Assembly: GCA_963675295.2 (NCBI GenBank)
Contig: CAXXKJ010000002.1
Coordinates: forward strand, 3,072,001 to 3,136,000
Length of the DNA stretch: 64,000 bases
Source of the DNA: a bacterium
GTDB taxonomy: Bacteria > Electryoneota > Electryoneia > Electryoneales > Electryoneaceae
Reading direction: 5' to 3'
Shown: positions 27,405 through 37,043 of the stretch, piece after piece
Numbering within the stretch: position 1 is the stretch's first letter
Layout: every line of letters begins with the position of its first letter
Notes under the pieces: generated by a model
Told to the model about the DNA's origin: nothing
The model's input: the letters and a program-made list of their open reading frames with translations, nothing else
Databases searched by the model: none
Program-made: the position numbers and the translations under genes

Positions 27405-29627
27405 TTACTTCATCAACATTACCTTGCGCACATCACTGCCCATCTCGCTGCTCGCCTGGATCAGGTAGATGCCGCTGGCGAGGTTCGCACCGTCAAAGGT
27501 GAAGTTGTGCACGCCGGCGGTGTGCTGGCCCTGCGCGAGGGTCGCAACCTGCTGGCCGAGGGTGTTGAACACGGCAACGTTCAGCTCACCCGCCTGCGGC
27601 AACGCGATGTTGACCGTGGTCGTCGGGTTGAACGGGTTCGGGTAGGCCGAGGTGATCGCGAACTCGGACGGTAGGATCGCGTCCGACGCATCCGCGCTGG
27701 CCTGCGGCAGGCCGAACAGGGACCATTCGGTCGCACCGTCGGCAACCACGCCCAGCTTGTTGACCATGAACGAGTCTTCCGCCAGCACCATGTTCTGGCC
27801 GAGATCACCGACCATGACATTGTAGCTGTACATGCCCGCCGGGACACCAGCCGGGACGTTCTGCATCAGGCCGTTGACGGTGAACGTGTTGTTCGCCGCA
27901 AGGTAGACCACCGCCGACTGGATGAAGAAGTCGTAACCCATCGGCGTCGTCGCGGTCGCCCAGACACGTGCGTAGCCAGCCTGCGCGCTGTTGTTCATGA
28001 TCTCGAGGTCGTACATGAAGCTGCCGCCGGCCGCCGGGATCTCCACCGGGTCCATGTCCGGGGTCAGGGTCAGCGTGACAGGGTCAGTGCCAACCGACAG
28101 TTCGTAGAAAGTAATGCTGCCGCTGACTTCGTTGGCGACGATCATCAGATCGCTGCCGGTCGGGCTGTGGTCGGCGGAAACGATCTTGATGTCTTCCGGA
28201 CCGAGGTCGCCGATCATCGCGAGGTCAGCTGGCACGGACGGATCGAGGTTTGGATCGAAGTCACGGTTGCTGACGGTCATTACATACATCGGGCTGGTCG
28301 GATCACTGACATCGTAGACCATGATGACGCTCATGCGTTCGAGGCCGATGAACGCGTACGGGGTGCCGTCAACCCAGCCGATGGCGATCGCTTCCGGCTC
28401 ACCGCCCTTGTCGTCCGAACGGCTGTCGAAGCTACCGTTTTCGTCATTGTTACTGTTGAAATCTTCGCTGAATTCCGAGAACAGAATTTGCTCGAATTCT
28501 TCGCCGCTGTCCCAGACGAGATCGCCGTTGTTGCCGTTCCAGATCGAGAACGAACGGGCACCGTAAGCATACAGCATGTCGTAATCGCCATCGTTGTCGA
28601 TGTCGCCGTAGTCGGTGCGAACATGCAGCCGTCCGAGGTTCTCATCGAGCAGCAGCGTCGCTTCGTCCGGGAAGACGGTGTCGTCGAGGTCGAGGTCGTG
28701 GACACGGGCTTCGGTATGGTCGCGAGCGTCGCCTTCATTGGCCGAGAAGATCAGCCACTGTTCGTTGATGTTCGCGAAGGCGATCGCATCCGCCTGGTAG
28801 GTGCCGTACACCGGCCAGTTCTGGATGTTGACCATGCCGTCGTCATTGCTGGCGTCGAGAGCGTTGCCCGGCAGGCTGTGATCCTTGAGGCCGGCAGGGA
28901 GCAGGCTGACGATGGTGTAGTTGCTGAGGTCAACAGTGACCATCGCGGCGGCTTCCTGGCAACCGCAGAAAGCGTACATGCCGTCATCGGAGATGGCAAT
29001 GTATTCCGGCTCGAGATCCTGGGACGCGGGCACGCCCGGCTCGAGCAGGACGCCGTCCGCGATCAGCTGGGCTTCCTGGCCGTCGAATTGGGTGAAGTCG
29101 ATTTCGTGGGCGGTGAAGCTATTCATCTCGATGACCCAGACACTGCCTTCCGGATCCACGTTGCCATCAGGCTCGCCCTCGCAGGCGACGACGCACTTCT
29201 GGCCGTCCGGGGTGAAGGTCACCATGTCCGGCAGCGCGCCGACGGTTACGGTTCCTTCCACCATGCCGCCCTGATCGAAGAAGACGATCATGCCGGGGTC
29301 GGTGGACACATTCGCTTCCACCGCCACCGCGATGAAACCGAGATCGCTGAACGCGACGCTGTTGACGCCACCGCCATAGGTACTCATGTCAATGCTCATG
29401 TCGAGCACCGGGTTGGCCGGATCGCTGATGTCGAGACGGTCGACCGTGTTCGCGTTGGCGTTGGTGAAGTACAGCTTCTGCAGCATCCAGTCATGGGCGA
29501 CGATTTCCGCCGCGCCTTCGTCAAATACGAGCGACTGGTATGTTCCGATTTTGTTCACATTCAGCGCCATCGCGCTGGACGCGACGAGCAGCATCATGAT
29601 CGTGAATAACGTTCCGCTGAAACGCAT
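27405..29627 (-). CDS. Choice-of-anchor I family (alkaline-phosphatase-associated beta-propeller) surface protein with Ig-like domain and C-terminal sorting domain
   Basis: AAEIVAHD, GALPDMVTFTPDG, EGEP, DLEPEYI, ANEGDAR, YGARSFSIW, FDSRSDDKGGEPE, GLER, ANEVSG; AYPNPFNP..SGIY. Confidence 0.85.
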   Translation of the reverse strand: MRFSGTLFTIMMLLVASSAMALNVNKIGTYQSLVFDEGAAEIVAHDWMLQKLYFTNANANTVDRLDISDPANPVLDMSIDMSTYGGGVNSVAFSDLGFIAVAVEANVSTDPGMIVFFDQGGMVEGTVTVGALPDMVTFTPDGQKCVVACEGEPDGNVDPEGSVWVIEMNSFTAHEIDFTQFDGQEAQLIADGVLLEPGVPASQDLEPEYIAISDDGMYAFCGCQEAAAMVTVDLSNYTIVSLLPAGLKDHSLPGNALDASNDDGMVNIQNWPVYGTYQADAIAFANINEQWLIFSANEGDARDHTEARVHDLDLDDTVFPDEATLLLDENLGRLHVRTDYGDIDNDGDYDMLYAYGARSFSIWNGNNGDLVWDSGEEFEQILFSEFSEDFNSNNDENGSFDSRSDDKGGEPEAIAIGWVDGTPYAFIGLERMSVIMVYDVSDPTSPMYVMTVSNRDFDPNLDPSVPADLAMIGDLGPEDIKIVSADHSPTGSDLMIVANEVSGSITFYELSVGTDPVTLTLTPDMDPVEIPAAGGSFMYDLEIMNNSAQAGYARVWATATTPMGYDFFIQSAVVYLAANNTFTVNGLMQNVPAGVPAGMYSYNVMVGDLGQNMVLAEDSFMVNKLGVVADGATEWSLFGLPQASADASDAILPSEFAITSAYPNPFNPTTTVNIALPQAGELNVAVFNTLGQQVATLAQGQHTAGVHNFTFDGANLASGIYLIQASSEMGSDVRKVMLMK

Positions 29628-29780
29628 GGCTTTCTCTCTCCTTTTGGGGTTCCTGATCGTTTTACGTGAAATACATCATTGCTTTCGGGTGCCTGCGAGA
29701 TAGATGAGTTGTATTTGTTGTCTGTTAGGACAACCCGACAGTCCCGTGTGGAGAGATCGGCGAAAACGTGTAAAACCAGA

Positions 29781-29809
29781 AAAAACAAACCCCGTCGTGA
29801 AGACGGGGT
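29781..29809 (-). terminator. Intrinsic terminator
   Basis: accccgtc-N5-gacggggt stem followed on the minus strand by TTGTTTTTT. Confidence 0.75.
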
Positions 29810-29842
29810 CTCGTGCAAACTCAGGGAATCCAAACGACGCGG

Positions 29843-32800
29843 TTAGAAGTCCGCCCCGATGGAGAAGTAGTATCTCGGTTTGGTTACGGTGTCCAGCTCG
29901 TTCTTCCACGCCATGTCCCATTTGAGCAGGAAAATGCCGAGATTGGCACGGAATCCCCAGCCGTAGCCCATGTGGAAATCGTCGAAGCGGGCGTTCCCGC
30001 TCGGCGGATCCTCGATGAAGCGGAAGAAGTCATCACTCCACACCGCGCCAGCATCGAGGAAAATCGCGCCACGGATGTTGCTGAAGTAGAACGGCAATGG
30101 CCAGCCGAACAGCACCTGGCGCACCAGTGGGAAACGGAATTCGTTGTTCAGCAGGACGTACCGGTTGCCGTAATCCTCGTAGTAGTCTGCACCACGTAGC
30201 GGCGTCGCGAATCCCGAGAAGTAGATATCCTCGATGTCGTCCCGGATGTAGCCGCCTTCGAAGCGACGGTTGATCCAGTTGCTGACGCCGCCGAGGAAGA
30301 AGGTTTGCGGATGCTGGCCGAAGCTGGCCGCGCCGGACAGCCGGAACGCAAAACTGTAGTCCAGGCCAACGTGGAAATACTTGCGTGCATCTAGCGACAC
30401 GGTCTGGAAATCCAGCCCCCACAGGTCCTTGGACGTTTTCGGATCCTCACCGTCGAGATCCGGACTGTAGGCGAATCCGATGCGGTAGCGGTGACCGTTC
30501 AACGGGCCGGTCCAGCCCCAGAGGGTGTTGTCATAAACGTACGCAATCGACGGCAAGATGAAGTGCATCTTGCGGTCGGGGATGTAGTCGTAACGGTCGT
30601 AATCCCAGCGGTCACGGTCGATGTTGACCAGGCTGGCGGAGAAATCGAACCGGTTGTAGCGTGAGAACGGGTAGCTTACGGTCCCGGACGCACCCCAGTT
30701 GCGGTCACGGATGTCGCCACCATCGAAGAAGTAAACGTTGTGGAACGCACCCCCGCCAAAGTCCCAGCGTTCCGGCAGATGGTAGTAATACAGATTGAAG
30801 TTGCTGTTCTCGAAGTTGTAGTAGAGGTCGGTCCCGATGAAAATGACATGATTCCCGAGAACGTCGGAGATCATGATCTGGCCGTACCCCTGCAAGCCAA
30901 AGAATGCGCTGTAGCCCGCCGCCGCGGACACGATATCCGGGCTGAACTTGAGCTTGTACTTACGCGGGATGAACCGCCCGTCTGCGCCGAGGATCGAATC
31001 CTGTTCGACATCGGTGAGTGCAGTATCATTGTCGTCGCTACCGCTCCACCCCGCCGGGTAGAAGACGTAGTTGCGGTAGGTGCCGGTCGTGCCCTCTTCC
31101 GCCGGACGGGTCCGCCGTCCCGACACCAAGCGAACTTTCTCTTCGTGCTCGGTAGTATCATTAACCGCCACCGTGCTGTCCAGATGTGCGGTTTCGTGAT
31201 CGGTCAGGGACGTATCGGTCACGGTCGAATCGGAAACGTCCAGATTCAGATCGTCCCGGTTGACAGCGAGCTGGTCTTCACGAATAATTGCCGTGCCGCC
31301 GCCAATCGCGAACGCGGTGTCGAACGGAGATGATTGCAGCAAGGTATCTGGTTCGACAGCAAGTGTGTCTTCCCCGGCTGCAACCGAATCGCCGATGGCA
31401 TCGTGCCCCAGCGCCTCGAGGATCTCCTGCTCCTCCGGGCTGCCCGGTTCGACCGGTTGACCACCGGTGAGCTGGTCCAACCATGGGTTTCCGTTTGGAC
31501 CGTTCAGACCGTTTTGCGCCAGTTCGGTCATCGCCTTCATCCGCGCTTCGAGGTCATCCGAATCCTTAATGATTCCCCGCACCTTCTGCTGATAGTACGT
31601 CAGGCTCGGATTCTTGCGGCGGGATTCGTCAAACGGATTCTTGTACAGGTAGAGATCGTACCCCGCATTGAAGAAAGAGGCGAACGCGACGCTGCCGTTG
31701 TCCGACCAGCTTGGCGTGAACACACCGGTGAGGATGTCCGTCGTTGCCCAAGTATCGTCCGTGTTCAGATCATGCAGGTACAGGTTGAACGCACCGCTGC
31801 GATCGGAGACGAAGCTGATGATCCCATCGCGGGACGTGAACGACGGAGACCTATCCTCGTAGATATCGTTGGTCAGCCGGCTGATCGTGTTCGTATCAAG
31901 GTTGATCAGGTAGACGTCGTGCTGCTCGTAGTTCTGTTCCCACAGATCGAGCACCGTTCCATTCGGCGATAGTTTGTCCCCACGGTCGGAGATGAATAGC
32001 ACCTCACCATTAGGACCCCATTCCGGGTCGTAATCGCTGTAACGGTCGTCAGTAAGCTTGGCGATGCTCTCCACATCGCCGACGTTGAACACATACAAGT
32101 CCGTCTGTCCGTCCGCATACCCGGAGAACAGGATGCGGCTTCCATCCGGTGACCAGCTCGGGCTGAACAGTCCATCAAGGCCGAACTTGTACTCGCCGGT
32201 GATTTCACCGTCGTCCACGTTCAACGTGTACAGCGCATCCTCGCCCCCGTCCTCCGCCACGAACGCGATCGACCGTCCATCCGGCGACCAGTCAATCCAC
32301 GGCCGCAGCCACAACAGCTGCTCGAACAGGTACACCCCGCCGCCGCCGCTGACAACCTTTTCCTCGACTTCCCCGGTGACCGTGTTCACCAGGTACATGC
32401 TCATGTAATCGTCTTTGTCGGAGAGCATGATCAGTCGGTCACCCTCCGGCGACAGGGCCGGCGACGTGTTGACGAAGTTGTACCACTCCTCGTGGTCGGT
32501 GATCCGAACCGCGAAATCTTCCGGGGATTCGAAATGTGCTGCGGTCGGCCAGATCTGGCGTTTCAGGTGCTTGTGCCAGCGTTCGGACAGCTCTTCCAGG
32601 TCGTACCCGAGCACGTCCTTGACCGCCGTGCCGAAATTCCTCCGGCTGCGAACCTTGCGCAGCAGTTCGCCGACCTTTTCCGGGCCGTACCGTTCCTCGA
32701 GGAAATACAGCAGCGACTGGCCGCCCTTGTAAATGAAGTAGCCCTGCAGGTAATCCAACGGCATCAGGTAATCATTGATGATCGCGTCGCGGATGTACAT

Positions 32801-33454
32801 GTCCGCTTCGTTGCCCCAGCCGTAGCGGCTTTCATATTCGGCGATGCCTTCAATGAACCACAGCGGCAACGGCAACCGGCTGATTCCGGTGAGGATGCTC
32901 TGCACCCCTTCGCCGTAGAGCATGCGCAGCATCACGGCATGCGTCAGCTCGTGATGGATCACGTGCCGAAACATCGAGTTCGATCCCTGGAACGGAATCA
33001 CGACGCGGTTTTTGAGGAATTCGGTGAAACCACCGGTGGATTCGCTCGGCGTACCACCGCTGACATTGTTGTTCTGGAACGAGTTGTGGCTCGGAAAGAC
33101 GATGATCGAGATCCGGCCCTCGAGGGTATAATTCCACGAGTCCTCAATTGCGACCAGCGCCTCTTCCGCTTCCCAGCCGGTAAATTCGGCCGCTTCGTAA
33201 TACTCTTGCGGGTAGTAGATATCGAAGTGTTCGGTCTTCAGGTAGTACCACGTAAAGTCGCGGTAATTGACCTTGTTCTGGCCGAAGTACTGCGCGTTCG
33301 CAGCTGGTACCTGCAACAGCAATGCAAGCAGCAGGAGGCCGGCCAGCCAGCCGAAGGTGCGGAACCGGGAGTGCGCGGCACCAAAGGTCAGGGGGTCAGT
33401 GCGATGAAGAGAGCGTCTGCGCGTCAACGGGGGACGCAGCTTTGGCGCGAGCAT
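29843..33454 (-). CDS. Omp85/BamA-family protein with N-terminal gluzincin (peptidase MA-like) domain and PD40/TolB-like beta-propeller
   Basis: AQYFGQNKV after a signal peptide; HELTH..WFIEGIAEY; SPALSPEG, WSPDG repeats; acidic linker; C-terminal barrel with LRGADY and terminal FSIGADF. Start uncertain. Confidence 0.8.
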   Translation of the reverse strand: MLAPKLRPPLTRRRSLHRTDPLTFGAAHSRFRTFGWLAGLLLLALLLQVPAANAQYFGQNKVNYRDFTWYYLKTEHFDIYYPQEYYEAAEFTGWEAEEALVAIEDSWNYTLEGRISIIVFPSHNSFQNNNVSGGTPSESTGGFTEFLKNRVVIPFQGSNSMFRHVIHHELTHAVMLRMLYGEGVQSILTGISRLPLPLWFIEGIAEYESRYGWGNEADMYIRDAIINDYLMPLDYLQGYFIYKGGQSLLYFLEERYGPEKVGELLRKVRSRRNFGTAVKDVLGYDLEELSERWHKHLKRQIWPTAAHFESPEDFAVRITDHEEWYNFVNTSPALSPEGDRLIMLSDKDDYMSMYLVNTVTGEVEEKVVSGGGGVYLFEQLLWLRPWIDWSPDGRSIAFVAEDGGEDALYTLNVDDGEITGEYKFGLDGLFSPSWSPDGSRILFSGYADGQTDLYVFNVGDVESIAKLTDDRYSDYDPEWGPNGEVLFISDRGDKLSPNGTVLDLWEQNYEQHDVYLINLDTNTISRLTNDIYEDRSPSFTSRDGIISFVSDRSGAFNLYLHDLNTDDTWATTDILTGVFTPSWSDNGSVAFASFFNAGYDLYLYKNPFDESRRKNPSLTYYQQKVRGIIKDSDDLEARMKAMTELAQNGLNGPNGNPWLDQLTGGQPVEPGSPEEQEILEALGHDAIGDSVAAGEDTLAVEPDTLLQSSPFDTAFAIGGGTAIIREDQLAVNRDDLNLDVSDSTVTDTSLTDHETAHLDSTVAVNDTTEHEEKVRLVSGRRTRPAEEGTTGTYRNYVFYPAGWSGSDDNDTALTDVEQDSILGADGRFIPRKYKLKFSPDIVSAAAGYSAFFGLQGYGQIMISDVLGNHVIFIGTDLYYNFENSNFNLYYYHLPERWDFGGGAFHNVYFFDGGDIRDRNWGASGTVSYPFSRYNRFDFSASLVNIDRDRWDYDRYDYIPDRKMHFILPSIAYVYDNTLWGWTGPLNGHRYRIGFAYSPDLDGEDPKTSKDLWGLDFQTVSLDARKYFHVGLDYSFAFRLSGAASFGQHPQTFFLGGVSNWINRRFEGGYIRDDIEDIYFSGFATPLRGADYYEDYGNRYVLLNNEFRFPLVRQVLFGWPLPFYFSNIRGAIFLDAGAVWSDDFFRFIEDPPSGNARFDDFHMGYGWGFRANLGIFLLKWDMAWKNELDTVTKPRYYFSIGADF

Positions 33455-33612
33455 AAAGCAACTCGTGTCGGTAGATGTAGAACCCATTGCAGATCGTATA
33501 CTCGCTGGTGAGCGTTGAAGATCCAACCCCGTAAGGTAGGGGCTGGAGTTCGTGGAAAACAGCCCACGTTGAACAATGCGGGCGGCCTTTGTGATTGCTG
33601 CGAGATCTCCGT

Positions 33613-35322
33613 TCACTGTCCGCCGCTCCGGTCCTGACGCCACGACTCCGCGACACGGAGCATCTCGTCCATCCGGTGCCGCACGGTGTGCCCCGCGAGC
33701 ACAGTATTGCGCATCTGTTCCCCGATCTCCGCTCGCCGTCTCGGGTTCGCAATCAGCTCACTGACTTTCAGCTGCAACTCGGCAGCGGACTTGAACGAGA
33801 TCCGTTCCGCCAGCTGTTCACCGAATAAGTCCGGCAATACAGCGAGATCATCGTTGAGCACCGCCCGTCCGCAAGCTCCAACGTCAAACGGCCGCTGGTT
33901 CGGATGCGTCTGCATCTGCAGGTTGGTCAACGAGATGTGCACGGCGTCGGTTCGATACAGTTTCGGCAGATCCGTGTAGAAATCCAACGGCGGACGCAGC
34001 TCGATGCGTTCGTCCAGCAGTCCCTCCCACCCGGTGCCGAAGACGGTCAGTTGATTGGACGCCAGAGAGTTCAACAGGTTTACCCGGTAGGCCAGGTTCG
34101 CCTGCTGCACCGCATACGCCGGGAGCCGCCGCCGGGCTTCGAGATCCAGCTTCTTCTCAGGGTCGAGTGTGGTGAGGAGATCGTCCACGCGGTCATGCGT
34201 TGGCGGTTTCCGTGTCCGCAGGATTTCCGTTTCGAGCGCCCGCGCCGCCTTGCCCGCGATCTCGGACTGGTCCAGCGCGGCAAAGAAGCCGAAGGTACTT
34301 GCGAACCGCGGACTGCCGACAAACACCGCACGCCCCGTCAGTTCGTCGAAACCGTCGCCCGGGTGGAACAGGGTCTCATCCGTCGCGAGTGGTAACGGGT
34401 GCGCATTGTTGAAGCCCGCGCCCCGCCATCCGTCGATTCCGTTCCGGTCCCAGCAGAAACCGATCCGTTGCCGGCCCGCGCCGTGGATCTCGTCCGGATG
34501 CAGCAGGAAGCGCGGATCATCCAGCAGCCACGTCGCCCATGCGACCCCCGCCTGCTCACACGCCTCCGGCAGCAGGCCGATTTCGTCCGCACCGCGGTTG
34601 TTCGTGGACAGCACCAGATCTGGCGTGTGAGTGTCGAGCAACTCCAGCGCGTTTACGGCGGTGAGTCCCGTCAGCACGGTCTGCTGAATGTGCGTTACAT
34701 GGATCGAGCGGCGCTGCAACTCGCTCAGCAACTCGCGTTCATACAGCCCGCCGCTGCCGACGAATACCACCCGGCGGATGGCGAGGTCGGTCGCCTCGAC
34801 AGGGGCGTTGGCCTGATAGCGAGCGATATACACATCCAGCGCGCCGTAAAAGCCGGGGAACGCTTTCGTCTCACGTGGGTGCCGCACGATGATCGCGTCC
34901 GGATGCTGCTCGAGGAACGGTTGCACGTGGTCCCACCACACCCGTGCCGGGTCGTCGTCTGCGACCAGGGTTAAATCTTCGGACGCTTCCGCGAACCGCC
35001 GGTTGATGCGTTTCACGTTTGCGTCCAGCAACGCTCGCGAGCGAATCACCGCCAGCGCCGGCGTGTACTCCTCTTCAAGCGCGGTCCGGGTGAAATAGCC
35101 GCTGCCGGATCCCAGCAGCAGCAACGGCTTACCGGGTTCGCAACCAGTCTTGAGCAGGGTGCGTGTCGCTTCGCCGCGGGGCTCGTACGGCGAGTCAATC
35201 GCCTTGAGACCGGTCGGAGTTTCGAGGCTGTAGGCCGTCCACAATCCACCACGGGCGAGTTCCTCGCTCACCTGTTCGACCAATGATTCCGGCAGGTTGT
35301 CGATCACGTGCAGGGTCTTCAT
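33613..35322 (-). CDS. Glycosyltransferase (CgeB / Glyco_trans_1_2-like)
   Basis: WLLDDP, PLPLATD, VFVGS, VFGTGW, NQRPFDVGACG, HTVRHRM. Confidence 0.75.
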   Translation of the reverse strand: MKTLHVIDNLPESLVEQVSEELARGGLWTAYSLETPTGLKAIDSPYEPRGEATRTLLKTGCEPGKPLLLLGSGSGYFTRTALEEEYTPALAVIRSRALLDANVKRINRRFAEASEDLTLVADDDPARVWWDHVQPFLEQHPDAIIVRHPRETKAFPGFYGALDVYIARYQANAPVEATDLAIRRVVFVGSGGLYERELLSELQRRSIHVTHIQQTVLTGLTAVNALELLDTHTPDLVLSTNNRGADEIGLLPEACEQAGVAWATWLLDDPRFLLHPDEIHGAGRQRIGFCWDRNGIDGWRGAGFNNAHPLPLATDETLFHPGDGFDELTGRAVFVGSPRFASTFGFFAALDQSEIAGKAARALETEILRTRKPPTHDRVDDLLTTLDPEKKLDLEARRRLPAYAVQQANLAYRVNLLNSLASNQLTVFGTGWEGLLDERIELRPPLDFYTDLPKLYRTDAVHISLTNLQMQTHPNQRPFDVGACGRAVLNDDLAVLPDLFGEQLAERISFKSAAELQLKVSELIANPRRRAEIGEQMRNTVLAGHTVRHRMDEMLRVAESWRQDRSGGQ

Positions 35323-36113
35323 GCGGCCATTCCGGGCAGGGGTTCATCGGGGACGGACATCGTGTCGCGGTCGTGATGTTTTTCCAGGAACCACTCCATG
35401 TCGGTCTGCCACTTGGCGTCTGATGCGGACGCGCCGCCGGAATCGTGCAGCACCAATAGCGGCAGGGTCCAGTTTTTCAACCCGGAATGGTGCGCACTCA
35501 GGCAGAAATCCATGTCGTAGAAGTGGAAATGGTCGGGATCACCGCTGCGTGGCGGTTGATCGAGCACGGTCCCGGCGCGTGCTGCCATTAGCAGGCCGTC
35601 GACCACCAGTACCCTTGACCAGCCGCCGTATGCGTTGACGCGCAGTCCTTCCGTACGGCGATGCAGTACCATGCCGCTCAGCTTCTCATGCTGCCACCAG
35701 CCACGGCCGGGCGTCATCTCGCAACTACCCGCGACTCCGGCGAAACCGAAATCCGGCTGACCGGCCAGCTTACGCAGGATCACCCACCACGCCGGCCCGT
35801 TTGGCGTCGGTTCAATCCAGGTTTTTAGCGGCGCCTGCAGTTGAGGTGGCAGGTTGCTGATTGTCTCGAGGGTTGCGGGAACGATGTCCTGATGTACGAA
35901 CAGCATCAAGCTGTCACGGCTGGGCATCATACGCGCGGCATTGTGATACGCGACGCGGAGCGAGCTCACCTGTCCCAGCCGCATCGGGTGGACGGTCACG
36001 TGCGGCTCAAGCGCGTCACGGAAGCCGGCTTCCATGCGATCCAGCCGTGCGGAGTCGTCTCCGGTGCTGACCAGGTACAGGGTATCGGGATGTTGCGGAG
36101 TTGACGTGTTCAC
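35319..36113 (-). CDS. GT-A glycosyltransferase-like protein (Glyco_tranf_2_5 / StrF-like)
   Basis: AYHNA, LFVHQDI, GVAG, VDGLLMA, FHFYDMDFCL, LHDS; ATGA overlap with the downstream GT. Confidence 0.75.
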   Translation of the reverse strand: MNTSTPQHPDTLYLVSTGDDSARLDRMEAGFRDALEPHVTVHPMRLGQVSSLRVAYHNAARMMPSRDSLMLFVHQDIVPATLETISNLPPQLQAPLKTWIEPTPNGPAWWVILRKLAGQPDFGFAGVAGSCEMTPGRGWWQHEKLSGMVLHRRTEGLRVNAYGGWSRVLVVDGLLMAARAGTVLDQPPRSGDPDHFHFYDMDFCLSAHHSGLKNWTLPLLVLHDSGGASASDAKWQTDMEWFLEKHHDRDTMSVPDEPLPGMAA

Positions 36114-36191
36114 GCCGGAAAGTACAATCCCGCACGCAGCATCGCCTCGTCAACACCCGGTGCAGATGGATTCAGGAGAACGCCGGAGCGC

Positions 36192-36641
36192 TCAATGATG
36201 GTGCTGGCCGCCCTTGCACAGCGAACCGCGCGGGTCTGCGACAAACTCGCCCTTGCGGTACTTCTCGACGATCGCCTCTACCGTGCGTTCGCGAGTGTAC
36301 ATCACGTCGATACCAGCGGTGCAGAAATCCTGTTGCAGACGGGGACCCATCCCCAGCGCAATGACCACGTCGACCCCGCGCAGGTTGTCGATCATTGTGG
36401 TGTGGCTGTGGTGGTGGCCGTTGCCCTGCCCCTGGCCCTGGCCGAAGCCCTGTCCGAGCGGCTGGTTGGCGCCTTGCCCCTGGCCCTGGGCGTGCTGGTG
36501 GTGATGATGCGGGCTGTCATGTTTAACGAAGCGGGGTTCTGAAACTTGCGAATCGTTGACCTCGAAGACGAGGAAGCCGGCCGCACGTCCGGTGTGCGGG
36601 ATCAACTGATGGTTCTCATCGACGGGTATCGCGATGGTCAT
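36192..36641 (-). CDS. NifB/NifX-family metallocluster-binding protein with a His/Gly/Gln-rich insert
   Basis: IAIPVD..PHTGRAAGFLVFEV, GVDVVIALGMG..GIDV; HHHHQH..HHHSH insert; AAGGAG RBS. Confidence 0.8.
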   Translation of the reverse strand: MTIAIPVDENHQLIPHTGRAAGFLVFEVNDSQVSEPRFVKHDSPHHHHQHAQGQGQGANQPLGQGFGQGQGQGNGHHHSHTTMIDNLRGVDVVIALGMGPRLQQDFCTAGIDVMYTRERTVEAIVEKYRKGEFVADPRGSLCKGGQHHH

Positions 36642-36813
36642 CTCACCATCTCCTTGCTGTTTGTTCTGGATCGTCCGATGCTCTCACCCATGCCAGAAGT
36701 TCGGAGTTCCGAATTTACCGGTCTGAAGAGAGAAACGGCACCGCAACGTAACCGTCATGGGAGCCCCCCAACCACCACGCGATTTGCGCCACGATGCCAT
36801 CTGCCTGTGTTTT

Positions 36814-36830
36814 AGCAATATCCGCACCAG
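36814..36830 (-). promoter_or_regulatory. sigma54 (-24/-12) promoter for the NifX-family gene
   Basis: The minus strand reads CTGGTGCGGATATTGCT: GG-N10-GC with TTGCT; a divergent bEBP gene is adjacent. Confidence 0.65.
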
Positions 36831-36926
36831 AATAGACGGGCGTCTCGAATGCCGGAGATCTCGTTAAATACCAGCCAACTAGCGGGACTCTTGCGAACTA
36901 GCGTTATTTGGTATTAGTGCCACTCT

Positions 36927-36962
36927 TGAAACAGTCCTCTGAAACAGTTGCAATTCTGCACC
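36927..36962. promoter_or_regulatory. Putative enhancer (UAS) for the sigma54 activator
   Basis: TGAAACA twice plus GTTGCA-N4-TGCACC, about 100-130 bp upstream of the -24 box. Confidence 0.5.
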
Positions 36963-37043
36963 ACACACACTACTTTCTTTTCAAATAACTTAGACCGAGT
37001 TTGCCGTACTGGCAGACTCCCGAACCAGATTTCGGATCCCCCC

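Noticed and set aside
36192-36641. Nitrogen fixation inferred from the NifX-like gene
   Set aside because: No nifHDK or other nif genes in the window; the family is widespread in non-diazotrophs.
36677-36696. Alternative sigma54 promoter TGGCATGGGTGAGAGC near the NifX-family start
   Set aside because: GG-to-GC spacing is 11 nt rather than 10; the 36814-36830 site fits better.
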